Translations under genes and position numbers: made by a program
Notes under the pieces: generated by a model
What the model was told of the DNA's origin: nothing
What the model saw: the letters and a program-made list of their open reading frames with translations, nothing else
Databases searched by the model: none
Source of the DNA: a virus
IMG/VR virus record: IMGVR_UViG_3300029984_000008
Span: 7,836-71,835 of that record
Direction: 5' to 3' (one strand)
Length of the DNA stretch: 64,000 nucleotides
Shown: piece after piece, positions 48,869-60,725 of the stretch
Numbering within the stretch: position 1 is the first letter of the stretch
Layout of the letters: every line of letters begins with the position of its first letter

Positions 48869-49680
48869 ATGAAATTACCAGTTAAAGAAGCAGAGTGTGA
48901 CAGACTAAAAAGTATAGAAGCAGCTATAGAGCTATTAAAAACTAAAGTAGAATATACACAGAATAATTGTATGTCAATTATAGTTGGGCATGATTTATAC
49001 CAGGACTATGAAAGAATAAACAGACACTTACACAGGGCACTATTAGAAACTGAAAAGCTAAGAAAAGCCTACGAACATGCATTAAATGAAAATATAAATG
49101 AGGATGGTGTTAAATAATGGATTATAAAAAATTAGCAGCTGTATTAGAACAACATGAGTACGACGTAACTAGTATTAAAATTATAGATAACGATGAAGTA
49201 GAAATAGACGGGTGCGACACCTATAAAGTGTATACAAGACATGAGGCTGATGCCGCTTTTAAGCAATTTGAAAAGGACCTATATGATGACTTAGGCCTAG
49301 ACTTTGTATCAAAAGAGACACAAAAGTACTTCCTAGACAACTATGTAGATACAGAGTGGTTTGACGACTGTATGCATGACCACTTTGAAGGCGAAATAGG
49401 CTGTATGGACGAAGAAGAGCTTAAGGTTGAGCTTGAAGGCGCAGATGCAGCGGACGAGGACGAGCTAGTAGAGACTATGTGTGGAGAGCAAGACCCTATA
49501 GAGTGGTATAAAAATGAATATGGTGATGAAATGTTTAAAGACGCTATAAAATATAATAGCCTACTAGACTTGAAAGCATGTATAGAGTATATACAAGATA
49601 ATGACGGTAGAGGCATCTTATCCCCCGTAGATGGTGAAGAGCACTATATGAATGGTTTTTACATCTATCAAATACACTAA
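48869..49680 (+). other. Two hypothetical genes (48869-49117; very acidic 49117-49680)
   Basis: Shared leader/RBS GGATGGTG. Confidence 0.6.
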
Positions 49681-49933
49681 ATAAAATTAGACACTGGTTT
49701 ACCGTCCAGTATCTAATAGCCCTTGAAATTAATTCTCTCTATTAACTCTTGCATTTACATTATAACCCAATTAAATAAAATATTCAAGGACCAGCAGCTC
49801 ATGTAGCCTCTGGTCCTTTTTTATGCCCTGGAGAGACCCTAGAATGGGGCGTATACTTTCTCGAATGGCCTTTGTATAGTAATAGTGAGGGGATACAGTC
49901 CCCCAAAATAAAATAAAAGGATGTGTATTAATA

Positions 49934-51842
49934 ATGAGTAAAAGAATCGGTTGTGTAGAAAACATGGTAAAAAGAGCAATGGAAAATGTAGAGGCGCATA
50001 TAACAAGAAATGGAAAACACGTATATGCTGCTACTTATGCGGCTGGAATATTAGAGCTAGAGCACTATGACACTACAATACTAGAGTATGACCTAAACGC
50101 TAAAAAGATAGTAAGCTGGGGTGGCTGGAGCAACTCAGACAGAGATGCTCTAAATACAGTATTAGAGCATTGCATGTATCATCCAGGTAATGAATACTTC
50201 TACATGAAAAAAGATGAATTACACCTCGGCGGTGTAACTGAATAGCTACTAAATAATACAGGGGCTACAGCATAGCCCCTACAATAAAATAAAAGGATGG
50301 TGTTAATTATGAAAACAACAGTAATGAGTATATCTGAATACAACCAATATATGAATAAAGAGCTTACTTTGAGACAGATAAGGAAGCAACATTCAAATAA
50401 TAATAAAGCAGCAATTGCACTAGGGATAGCCGCAGCACTTTTAATAGCTGGGATTACTTTAAATGCAATGGATGGTGCGGTGGCTTATGCGTATGTTACA
50501 GAGGCTGAAACAGCTTCAGCTATTCAAGCATTTTTTATAGGAACTGGTTTATCAATATAACAAATAGAGGGGACCTCAGGGTCCTCCAAAATAAATAAGA
50601 AAGATGTGTATTAATTATGGCAGGTAAAAAAGAATTTAAGTGGGATAAAGAAGAGTTAGTAAGTACAGAGATTATAAGTGAGCATGAAAAGAGAGAGGCT
50701 AGAATCTGTGAATTAAAAGGTAAAGAGTTTGTGGTATTCACTACTCTTAAATATATCAAGAATGCGTGGTTACCCTGTAGCGGCTATAGTATACCCAAAG
50801 AAATCTGGTCAAGTATCGTAGAGGCTGTAAATAAAACATTAAAAGGAGGTAAAAAATAATGTTAGATAAGTTTGGTGTATCATACGGAAGTGATAGAGTA
50901 GAAAATGGTTTAAAAGGTGATTGTAAGCGATATGCTGGTAAAATAGGTGCTGAGCGTGTAGCTAGAATAGGTGAAGAAAAAATGAAGTACTACCACCAAT
51001 TGCAAGAGCTTAATGCAACCATAGAAGCTACGACTAAAAATAAACGTATCAAAAATAAACAAATAAGTCATAAGGTATTAGCAGATAGATATAGAGCCTT
51101 ATTTAATTATAGAAGTTTAGACTATTACATGTATAGACTAGGTGTTGACTCACTAATTACTAGTACTACTAAAGTTGGCGTTGAGTATGAGCTACATGAG
51201 CTATATGATGAAGCTAGTTATATGCTATTAGCATTAGGTGAGTATAAAGGCTATGGCTCAATACACTGGATGTATGGCTGTGGCTGCCATGCCTGGGAAG
51301 CAGCAGGTGAACCAGACTTTCCTGAAAAAGACAGCTATTTACGTGAGGATTTAGGAATCCTGCTTTACTAGGATATAATGATAGTGGGGCCTCTGGGCTC
51401 CCAAAATAAATAAAAGGGTGTGTATTAAATGAAAAAAGATAATATAAGTGTTAAAGGATTTAAAGGGACTTGGTATATAATAGATGAGGCTTATTTCAGT
51501 GGCAAAGAGGTGTATCTATTAGAGCATGAAGAGTTTGGAGACGAGGCAGCATGCATAATAATAAATAAAGAACTTGAATTAATCTTAAATAATGTATGGA
51601 ATGGTTTTGATGACCTAGAGGAGCAAGTAGAAAAGAAGGAGCTTGACTTCAGTACCTGGAGACGAGACAACGGATATAAGTCTAAAGCTCAGCTATATAT
51701 TGACATAGTAGAGAGCCCTGAAGAGGACGAAGATGCAGAGGAGACGCAAGACAGGGCACATGATGAGCAAGAAGAGCTAGAACAAAAGTTTTACGACTAC
51801 TGTGAAAGCTACGGCTTTACAGCGGTAATGGATGAAGACTAA
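49934..51842 (+). other. Cassette cluster of five genes (49934-50245; 50309-50560 membrane; 50617-50859 possibly PC4/YdbC-like; 50859-51371; acidic 51429-51842)
   Basis: Follows motif copy 8; most genes are preceded by a hairpin plus the AAAATAAAAGGATGTGTATTAA-type leader. Confidence 0.6.
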
Positions 51843-51976
51843 CAAGTAGAGGGTGCCGACAGTGGTGCCCTTTTTTGTCAGAAAAAAGATGTTTAAATTT
51901 GTTCAATATTGTGTATAATAATAGTATAGCAATAATATAAAATATGTAAAAAACGTAAGCGAGAGGATGAAGATAT

Positions 51977-54116
51977 ATGATATTAAAATTTATAAATCAA
52001 CATGGTCACATTAAATTAGTAGAGGTTCCTGAGGATACTATGTGTATAAAGATAGAGATAAATGACAGTATTACCAATAGCATAGTGATAAATGATGAGG
52101 GTAGAGTACCAGGCAGCGTAAGCACTGAGGTAATAGTGGACGGTGCAACTTATAATTTTGATACACCTGAAACAGCTCTTAGCATAGGCAAGATGGATGA
52201 AGAGGGTTACCTATGGAGAACAGAGGCCGTGTTATACGCTACAGACAACGGCAGGTTATTAGCGCAAAACCAAACTCAAGGATACTCAAGTACACCTAAA
52301 CCTGTGGCAACAAAACCTTGGACCAGAAGAGATATAAGCTACAGGTATATTAAGAAATCAGAAAAAGGAGGTACACTATAATGGCCTGTAAATTTGAGGA
52401 CCTATGTGAACACAGGGGCACTAGCTACTGTGAAGATTGTACACATGACCCTGAATATGTAAGAGAATGCCAATTTGACTGGAACGGTGAAGACGAGGAG
52501 CCTACGCAAGAAGAATTAGCTGATGAGACCTATTCATAGAGCCCATATACTTTCTGGAAAGGCCTTTGTATAGTAAGAGTAGAGGAGCAGCAGCTCCCAA
52601 AATAAAATAAAAGGATGTGTATTAATAATGAGAACTATCCATAATAAAAAGACTATACCTATTAACGGCTGGAGAAGTAGAACATTAGCTCAATATTATT
52701 TTAGTGATTATCATGCAGAGGATAAGTTTTTTGATGACATGAAGTTTATAGTACCAGCAAAAATTATTCAATTACTACCAGACTTTGACGGGACAAACCA
52801 AGCTTATGCTAATAGCTTCAAGGGTGAGCTACTATGCACAATAGAGGACATGGACGGTGACTACGGCTTCCATATAAGTTTAGAGCCTATTAAAACTGTA
52901 GAGCAAATGAGAGAGGCTTATGGCGTATGGAGCGACTGTCTTAAAACTAGTATAGAACGCAAATGTGTAGGCCTCTACTGGAAAGATGTAAGACCAGAGG
53001 ACCTTATAATGCTTATAAGATTGGACGAGATAAGAGGCGCAAGACTTTTAATAAATGAACACGACCACGGGTACTTGTATGACAACGACTTAATATACAC
53101 AATGCTACAATTATACGGGGACGATATTTTCGACAAGCTAAATAAAGCATGTATGCTATAAAAGGGGTGTGGGTGTAAATGAAAAAGATGCATGTATATG
53201 AGTTTAATGAGGGACTAGATGGTGTGATAGTGGCTAAGAGTGATAAGCAAGCGGCTAAGATGCTGGTAAAAGTCTATGATGGCTATACTGTTAATCAAAT
53301 ATTAGCACTTTGTAAAAATAAAGACTGTGAGGCAAAGATAGGGGGCGACGACTGGATAGTGGACATAGGAAAAGAGCCCAAAAAAGAGTGCTATAAGAAA
53401 GCAGCATTCCTAGGCTGGTGCAACTATTAGTAAATAAATAGGTTCTGGGGCAGGGGTGCCTCAGGACTTAACTTAAGAAATAAATTTGAATAGTGAAAGG
53501 ATGTAATGTAATGAAACCAATGGTAGAAATTAAGGACTTAAAGGACTGGGATATATTCAATATGTTAGAGCTAGCACAGGGTGCCCTAGCTAATGCAGGG
53601 CAGGCTGAGCAATTAGTATCAATGACTAGTCGTGTACTGAGTAGCCAAAGCTACAGCGACTCAAAACTTATATTACAGGACTATGTGGATTTTAAGTAAG
53701 GTAAACTAAATGGTATAAGGGTAAACAATTGAGAAATAAATAGATATATGTGAGAGGGGAAGTTAATTATGCTAAGGTTGTTAAAAGTAATAAATAAATC
53801 AGAGGATAGAGAGAGTACAGGTTCACCTGAGGTGGGCTTTGCGCACTATACAGTTAATTACCCAGCACTTAATTCAAGACTATTTAAAAATGATAGAAGA
53901 ACCTATGACCTCTGTATTATTCATGTACATGCTAAGGAGTGTGGCTTAGGGTTCAAGGTAGTAGAAATAGGTAAGCCTCATTTAATAGGCACCAGGGTCC
54001 ACTATGAAGCACTACAGGGGCCAGTAGATTTTAATGCTTATCAAGATGTGCTACAAGCGCTAATAACTAAGTTTAATGAAACCTATAAGGAGGACTTAAG
54101 CTATGACTGTATATAG
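51977..54116 (+). other. Hypothetical genes (51977-52381, 52381-52539, 52628-53161, 53179-53430, 53511-53699, 53769-54116)
   Basis: ORFs with RBSs. 52381-52539 is a 52-aa Cys/acidic ORF absent from the track. Confidence 0.55.
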
Positions 54117-54278
54117 GTGGCTGCTTATAGCAAAGGTTATACTAGAGCTAATTGTATTACGCTTATTTATAATAGCATTAATAGTGCGCTTAAAGAATTT
54201 TAAACATAGATAGTAGGAAGTAAGTGCACAGCGTCTAGGCGTTGTGCATTAATATTTTATAGGAGAGGATGATAGATA

Positions 54279-55040
54279 GTGAATGTAACGGGTGTGTGCA
54301 CACATGGTATGAGCAATACTAAAATATACAAAAAGTGGCGAAGTATGAAGAGAAGGTGCAATGCTAAAAACACTGAAAGTAAAATGTATAAAAACTACAG
54401 TGGCAGGGGCATTACAGTATGTGACGAGTGGAAAAATGATTTCATGGCCTTCTATACTTGGGCTATGGCCAATGGTTATGCTGAGGGACTAGAACTAGAT
54501 AGAAAAGATAATGACAAAGGCTATAGCCCTGACAATTGTAGGTTTATAACGCATAAAGAAAATGAGAGGCATAAGAGAACCGCTAAATATGCAACTATAA
54601 ACGGTGTCACAAAAACAGGCACTGAGTGGGCAGAAGAATATGGGTTGTCACCACACGTAGTTAATGAGAGAATTAAGCATGGCTGGGAGCCTGAAAGAAT
54701 ACTAGAAGCATCACAGTATAAAATAAGACGTATAACTATAGATGGGGAAACGAAGTCCATAAAAGAGTGGGCAGCTATCAGTGGCCTAGCCATAGACACA
54801 ATCCAAGCCAGAATGGACAGGCAATGGGACAACAGCAGGCTACTAGAGCCTTTAGCTAAGCCTGGCCACCGCGCTACACGTATAACTATCAATGGAGAAA
54901 CTAAAACAGTGTCTGAGTGGGCAGACGTTAGCGGTGTAGCTAAAAGTACTATACAAGGCAGACTTGCAAGAGGTTGGACTGGTGAAGACCTATTAAAACC
55001 AGCTGAGTACATTGCTAATTTTATGAAAGGGAGGAATTAA
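54279..55040 (+). CDS. HNH-family homing endonuclease with repeated C-terminal DNA-binding modules
   Basis: MKRRC..Y.GRGI.VC.EW, LDR.DND.GYSP.NCR, and three I.G.TK...EWA..I..R...W repeats. Confidence 0.8.
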   Translation: MNVTGVCTHGMSNTKIYKKWRSMKRRCNAKNTESKMYKNYSGRGITVCDEWKNDFMAFYTWAMANGYAEGLELDRKDNDKGYSPDNCRFITHKENERHKRTAKYATINGVTKTGTEWAEEYGLSPHVVNERIKHGWEPERILEASQYKIRRITIDGETKSIKEWAAISGLAIDTIQARMDRQWDNSRLLEPLAKPGHRATRITINGETKTVSEWADVSGVAKSTIQGRLARGWTGEDLLKPAEYIANFMKGRN

Positions 55041-55042
55041 AG

Positions 55043-55720
55043 ATGTTAAAGAAAATAAGTAAGGCTTATAGTGTTAAAGAAATGCCACTTTCATTTACAG
55101 TAATTGATTTCGAGACAACTGGTCTTGACCCAACTAACAGCGCAATAATAGAGATAGGCGCAGTAAGATTTACAGAGTTTGAACCTGTGGCTATGTTCAA
55201 TACAATGGTATGTCAAGACCCTGTGCTTTATCCAATGAGTGAAGAAATGACTAAGCTCACTGGTCATACAACTGAAGACATTGCTAAGGGTCTGACCGAG
55301 GAGCTAGCAATAGATGTACTAATACAATTTATAGATGATAGCTTAGTAGTGGGTCAAAATATACTATTTGATTACTCATTTCTAACTACAGCGGCAGAGG
55401 GCTATGGCTATGCACTAGAACATGATTTACTTGATACACTAACAATAGCCAGGGATAGGAAGCCCTACCCACATAAACTAGAAAGCCTATGCAAATACTA
55501 CGGGGTCGAGAATATGGCATGGCACAGCGCCTACTATGATGCCTTAGCAACTGGTCAAGTATTACTTGCAATGTATGCAGAGGACCACACATATATAGCA
55601 GGCAAGCAAGTAATGGACTATGTAAATGTAATTGGATATAAAAGGAAATATGGTGAGCCTAGCTGGATACCTGGGTGGACAACGCTTAAGGCTCAGGGTT
55701 CAACTACAGTGCAGCACTAA
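55043..55720 (+). CDS. DEDDh 3'-5' exonuclease (DnaQ-like)
   Basis: IDFETTGL, IIEIGAV, QN..FD..FL, DTL and H.A..DA.AT. Confidence 0.9.
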   Translation: MLKKISKAYSVKEMPLSFTVIDFETTGLDPTNSAIIEIGAVRFTEFEPVAMFNTMVCQDPVLYPMSEEMTKLTGHTTEDIAKGLTEELAIDVLIQFIDDSLVVGQNILFDYSFLTTAAEGYGYALEHDLLDTLTIARDRKPYPHKLESLCKYYGVENMAWHSAYYDALATGQVLLAMYAEDHTYIAGKQVMDYVNVIGYKRKYGEPSWIPGWTTLKAQGSTTVQH

Positions 55721-56498
55721 GGAGGCTACTATATGCAAAAGAAACTGGTAATAGAATATTGGATTGATGAAAAAAGGGAAGCTGAGGCTAATAAAATATT
55801 AAATGATTTAACATCACAAGGGATACAGGGTGCGTATTTTAGCACTAAAGATGGTGTAAAAATAATTGATGTTAAAGTTATAGAAATGTAGCTAATTAAG
55901 GCACAATTCTTAAATATTGTGCATTAGTAGGAGGTGGAAATATACTATGTTTTTAGTTAAAAAAGATGAAATAATAACTTTAAACGGAATTGAGTTTAGA
56001 TGCAAAGTTAATGCATTTCAGATGCCTAGCATAATAAGTAGACAACTGTTGCACCAATTGGTTGACGATAATGTATTTGAAGAAATAGAAGAGGAGGAGC
56101 AGTAATATGATGACTAAATTAGAGGTGATGATAAATGCTAAAAAGAAATGATAAGGGACTACTGGTCCTACAATTTTTAGATGTGATGGCATTTTTAGAT
56201 GACTTATATAATCAGTGCAAGACAGAGGATGAGGTAAATTGGCTAAGGTATCAAATAACCTTTGCCTCTACTACTGCTGCAAATGTAAGGAAGCCTAAAA
56301 TTAATAATAGGGAGGCAATGATAGATGAATAGTAAGTTAGAAGACCTTATGAGACAATGTGCAAAGGATGGTGCACCAAGCGACAGCTGCACATTCTGTA
56401 CCTGCAGCAAAAGAGCGTGTCTATTAAATCTACTAGAACAATATAATGATGACTGTGATGAAACTGAGATAATCAATTATGATAGATAGCTAATAAGT

Positions 56499-56533
56499 AA
56501 AACCAGTAGAGTAACATCTACTGGTTTTTTTTT
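56499..56533. terminator. Bidirectional intrinsic terminator
   Basis: aaaaccagtaga...tctactggtttttttt. Confidence 0.8.
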
Positions 56534-56534
56534 G

Positions 56535-57593
56535 TTATTTTTTATAGCTAGTTGATACTAAGTGTCCACGGTGGCCGTCGATTGTGTTACTAAATGTATA
56601 AGTTACACCATCTATAGTATGAGTGCCAGTGTACATTACACCACTTGCATCTAAGTAGTACTTATAGCCATCAGCGTCTGAGAACCAGCCTACCTTATTA
56701 GCGCCATTATCCACATAATACCAATTCATATTCTTTAAGGTCCAGCCAGTGAAAGTATCTTTAGTAGCTGCCTCTGTGGCTGCAGCTGCATATACACTAC
56801 TTGAGTTTGAGTGGTGGTGGCCTGATGAAGATGAAGTAGCTATTACAGCTGAGCCAGTAGTAGTTGTAGCTGCAACAGGTGTAGTAGTTGTACTATTTCC
56901 AGTATTTGAAGTTGCGTTATTATCTTTAGCAGGAGCTATTACAACAGGAACTACAGTGCTAGTATCTTTTGTAGTTGTACTAGAAACGTTGGTAATATTT
57001 GTTATCACATTAGTAGTATTATTTATAGTTGTGTTATTGCTGCCTATAGTTGTATTGTTGCTATTTATATTAGTGATGCTCTTATCAATGTTAGTTGTGC
57101 TATTATCTATGCTAGTATTATTACTATCTGTAGTCTTGCTCTTATCAATGTTAGTGGTGCTCTTATCAATGTTAGTGGTACTTGCGTCAATGTTAGTATT
57201 ATTGCTATCTATAGTCTTGCTCTTATCTATAGTAGTTGTGCTATTATCAATGCTAGTGTTATTTGTAGTTGTGCTAGTAGTGTTTCCGCTGTCCTTAACA
57301 TCTACAGAGGTGCTTTTATCTATGGTGGATGTACTATTGTCGGTGGTATTATTAGCAGTACTACTATTACTATTAGCAGTGCTACTATTATTATCAGAGG
57401 CTGCACCAGTAGTAGTTCCAGTATCTTTATCTTTATGTGCATTTTGATTTGCATTAGGGTTAGTGGTTCCAGTACCTTGAGTAGTTCCATTAGTATTACA
57501 TTGGTTAGAATTAGTAGCAGCAAATACTGGAGTAGCTAATAGAGTAGTAGAGGCAACAATCATAGCAGTAAAGATTCTTAATGATTTTTTCAT
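56535..57593 (-). CDS. Secreted Asn/Thr/Ser-rich protein with C-terminal cell-wall-binding repeats
   Basis: Signal peptide (MKKSLRIF..PVFAA); ID.S.T / D.NNT repeats; GW..WYY..GW..YY.D.SG.M.TG choline-binding-like repeats. Confidence 0.75.
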   Translation of the reverse strand: MKKSLRIFTAMIVASTTLLATPVFAATNSNQCNTNGTTQGTGTTNPNANQNAHKDKDTGTTTGAASDNNSSTANSNSSTANNTTDNSTSTIDKSTSVDVKDSGNTTSTTTNNTSIDNSTTTIDKSKTIDSNNTNIDASTTNIDKSTTNIDKSKTTDSNNTSIDNSTTNIDKSITNINSNNTTIGSNNTTINNTTNVITNITNVSSTTTKDTSTVVPVVIAPAKDNNATSNTGNSTTTTPVAATTTTGSAVIATSSSSGHHHSNSSSVYAAAATEAATKDTFTGWTLKNMNWYYVDNGANKVGWFSDADGYKYYLDASGVMYTGTHTIDGVTYTFSNTIDGHRGHLVSTSYKK

Positions 57594-57705
57594 AATTTAT
57601 ATATCCCCTTTTTAATTAAATTTATTTTATACTATATATGTATTCCGTTATTAGTAAAAAGATGACAAATAATTTTTTAACCAGCATATAATATAAATAA
57701 AGGGG

Positions 57706-57915
57706 ATGAAAACTATGGTAGAGAGCAACTTACAGAGGCTACTAACAGAGAAGAAAATGACCCAGCAAGAAATAGCTACTATGACAAAAATAAGATTAGC
57801 AACAATATCTTTCTATTGCACTAACAAATGGAGATACATTGCTAAGGAACATTTAGAAAAGCTTTGCAGTGTATTGGACTGCAAAGTAGAGGACTTACTT
57901 ACTTATACTAAATAA
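57706..57915 (+). CDS. Cro/CI-type HTH regulator
   Basis: L..LL..KKMTQQE.A..T.I..ATIS..L.KLC.VL.C.V.DLL. Confidence 0.85.
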   Translation: MKTMVESNLQRLLTEKKMTQQEIATMTKIRLATISFYCTNKWRYIAKEHLEKLCSVLDCKVEDLLTYTK

Positions 57916-57933
57916 TATAGAGGAGCGTATAAA

Positions 57934-59472
57934 ATGAATAAAGACTTTGAAATTATTATTGAGGATTATATGGACAGTGTGAAAAGAGGCGCTTTTAATA
58001 TATCGGACATGCCCTGGTTTATAGGTAGGCGGCTACTTGATACTGTACCAAAGTATTTATATTCTGATGTAATAGGAAAGCCCAGGGAGCAGTATGTTAA
58101 TCCAGCATTTAATGTATTACACGAGGCTATATGCATAGAGGCTAAGAAAGCACTAGAGGCTGACCCAGATATGGATAAGTATGTAGCAAGGGATAAAGTA
58201 CATGAGGATAGGTATAATATGCTAGTAAAAGAATTTACAGAGGCTGGCTATAGTTTAGATGCGATAGCAAGCATAGCAGGTCATACAGCTTATAGGGATA
58301 GAGCAGTTAATCTTAGTTATGATAAGGCTCACTGGGGCGATAAGTAATAAAAGAGAGGTACACCAAGACCATCTGGTGCACCTCTCTTTTTTATTTTGTA
58401 GATGTATATAGGATATTACTGGTTCATCAGATATAGTATAACATGGAAAGTATTGCTATGCAAGGGGTGCAAAGGGTAATAAAATAAAATTTAAAAAATT
58501 TAAGATAAATTTACATAATTGTGTTGTATATGTTTGTTCAATGTTGTATACTATAAATAGGCCAGGAGATAGAGCCTGGTCGTTTTTGTTTATGTAAGTG
58601 AGAGGTGGTATAGGGCTATGGCAGCTAGAAAGAGTGGTGCACTAAAGTACGTGTCTGCAACTAAGCGCATAAGCAAGCCTGCAAGTAAAAAAACAACTAG
58701 AACAAAAAGCATAAAGACACGGAAGGCAGATGTTAATGTGGAAAAGCAAGTAGTAAGTAGTAAAGTAGTTACGAAGGCTAAAACAGACAAGAGTACAAAA
58801 GCGACTGAAGAGGTAGACAAAGTTAAAATCCATAAGCCAAACAAGCCAGAAATATCTTGGTTTGCTATTGCAAAGCAGGGAGGCCAATGCAAGGTAGTTA
58901 ATGTTGGAACTCAACTTGAGTGTATACAATATATGGCACAATATGTTGAAGCTAATGGTGAGGCCAATACACCTATGTTCTTGGCAAACGGTTTTAAGGT
59001 CCTAGGTTATTAATAAATAAAAAAATAATATAAGAATGAGGAGAGCTGGAGAATTATGGATAGTATATTAAATGAATTACTAAAGGGTGCATTTAAAGGT
59101 ATGATGAGTGGTAAAGAGGGACACACTGAAGAGGATTGCAAGGTATGCAAGGTTAAAGATAAGTGCCCAGTACGTGTAGGCACTAATGATACTGAAGAGG
59201 CTGGAGCTCAAGAAGAATACACAGTGATTAGTACAATGACAGCTGAAGAAATAAATTCTTTTATGAACTTGAGTGTAGCTAGAACAATGGCTGATTGGCA
59301 AAAAGATGAAGTAGTAGAGGCTATGAAGAAACACAAAGCAGCAGCGGAAGTGTATAAGATGAAGAGTGAGCTTTTCTGGGAAGAAGTAGCAACTAAGTAT
59401 AATTTAGATAATGGCAAAGATGACTTAAGAGTTAATAGCAAAACTATGAGCATTGAGAAAAGAACTAAGTAA
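57934..59472 (+). other. Three hypothetical genes (57934-58347, basic 58618-59013, 59056-59472)
   Basis: ORFs with RBSs; terminator hairpin at 58349-58391. Confidence 0.55.
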
Positions 59473-59652
59473 GCTTAGGATATACAGAGGACACAGGGTA
59501 TGCGCCGCATGGTGTGTACTCTTTTTTATGTAGACAAATAAGACTATAGGTGATACAATGGTGTCAGTGTCGTTAATGCTATAACCGCACTGCTTGCTGT
59601 AAATAATACATAAGGCCTTGGAGCACCGAGCTCTGAGGCCTATTTTAATATA

Positions 59653-60213
59653 TTAAATGATATTTGATTTTTGTTCTTTTAACTTTTTATTTATTACCTT
59701 ATCCCACTCTCTTTCCCTTTTAGCTTGTATGTTTCTATCATACCAATCTACATATTTATTGAGAGGCATACTATGCATAATATCTAGTAATATACTCTGA
59801 GCCTCTCCAGTCTCTTTCATGTACCCACACTCAGTAAATGTTTCCTTAGGTAATTTATCGACTACCTTTTTAATGGACATTTCTCTTATTATCCTTCTTA
59901 TCTTAGCACGGAACTTTTTACCCTCTTCAGTACGAGCTAACATTGCTATCTCATATATACCATCTTCAGTGAAAACCCTGGTATCACGGAGTTTGCCGTC
60001 AACCGCATTCAGTTTGAGGGTAGTTGAAAACTCAGGTTCTTTTAAGTACTCATTACGATTTAATACATTCTCTATACCTTTCTTATCCTTGTAGCCTACT
60101 ATCTGTGCTAGCTGCACAGCGGTCATAAATACCTGGCCACTGCTATTCTCCCACAAGTCATAAGCTATACCATAGTTTGAGCGCCTTGAAATTAGTGTTA
60201 AATTATTTTCCAT
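59653..60213 (-). CDS. BRO-N domain antirepressor-like protein
   Basis: FMT..QLA..GY, DGK.R.T.VFTEDGIYEI.M..T..KKFR..IR. Confidence 0.8.
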   Translation of the reverse strand: MENNLTLISRRSNYGIAYDLWENSSGQVFMTAVQLAQIVGYKDKKGIENVLNRNEYLKEPEFSTTLKLNAVDGKLRDTRVFTEDGIYEIAMLARTEEGKKFRAKIRRIIREMSIKKVVDKLPKETFTECGYMKETGEAQSILLDIMHSMPLNKYVDWYDRNIQAKREREWDKVINKKLKEQKSNII

Positions 60214-60388
60214 TTACTACACCTTCCCTTTCATTTACTGCTTGAATATCAGCATCAGTATAATAGCGCCTACCACCTAGTGTGCGCTTAGCTATTAATA
60301 TACCCTTTCTATCCCACTTTTGTACACCGCATATTGACCTGCCTATAGCCTTTGCAAACTCACCTGTTGTGTATCTTTTCTCTTCCAT
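60203..60388 (-). CDS. MerR-type HTH protein
   Basis: YTTGEFAKAIG.S...QKWD..G.L...RT.GGRRYYT..DI. Confidence 0.75.
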   Translation of the reverse strand: MEEKRYTTGEFAKAIGRSICGVQKWDRKGILIAKRTLGGRRYYTDADIQAVNEREGVVNGK

Positions 60389-60547
60389 ATACCACCACTC
60401 CTTTATTTTCCTATAGTATAATATATATGCCTATGTATTACAATATGCCAATGAATTATTTTAATTACTATTCAGAGGTACTATATCTATAATTAAATGA
60501 TATAATATTATTATCACATCTAATTGAGCATCGCTTTTTGCAAACTC

Positions 60548-60725
60548 TGCAATCTAAACCGTTTTCACGTACGAGTACGTAAGGAAATCTCGATACAACA
60601 CACAAACACCCCCCTCCATTTTTTTTTATTTTTTTAAGGGTCTTTTTTTTCTTCAAAAATTTAAAAAAATCTGAAAAAATAAAAGTGTGTTACATCGAGA
60701 TTTCCTTACGAGTTGGTACGTAATT
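60548..60725. repeat. Palindrome-armed non-coding element, copy B
   Basis: 26-bp inverted arms at 60578-60603 and 60685-60710 (24/26 match) around an 81-bp A/T-tract spacer; inverted homologue of 12830-13000. Confidence 0.85.

Noticed and set aside
50309-50560. Membrane protein MKTTVMSISEY... as a detached subunit of the ATPase/relaxase module
   Set aside because: The resemblance is only a vague recollection; it lies on the other strand in a different regulon.
10172-52576. 33-bp repeats as a CRISPR array
   Set aside because: The copies are dispersed over kilobases upstream of genes, with no regular spacers and no cas operon.
56749-57447. 232-aa Val/Leu-rich + strand ORF
   Set aside because: Antisense shadow of the Asn/Thr/Ser repeats in the minus-strand secreted protein.
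57660-57693. Sigma-K promoter before the Cro/CI HTH gene (ACA-17-CATATAAT)
   Set aside because: Spacing is borderline and the embedded TATAAT fits sigma-A equally well, so it is not called.
60203-60388. IS607 element
   Set aside because: Only the MerR-like HTH is present; there is no serine recombinase domain or TnpB.
60468-60656. 62-aa ORF
   Set aside because: It runs through A/T tracts of the non-coding palindromic element and has no RBS.
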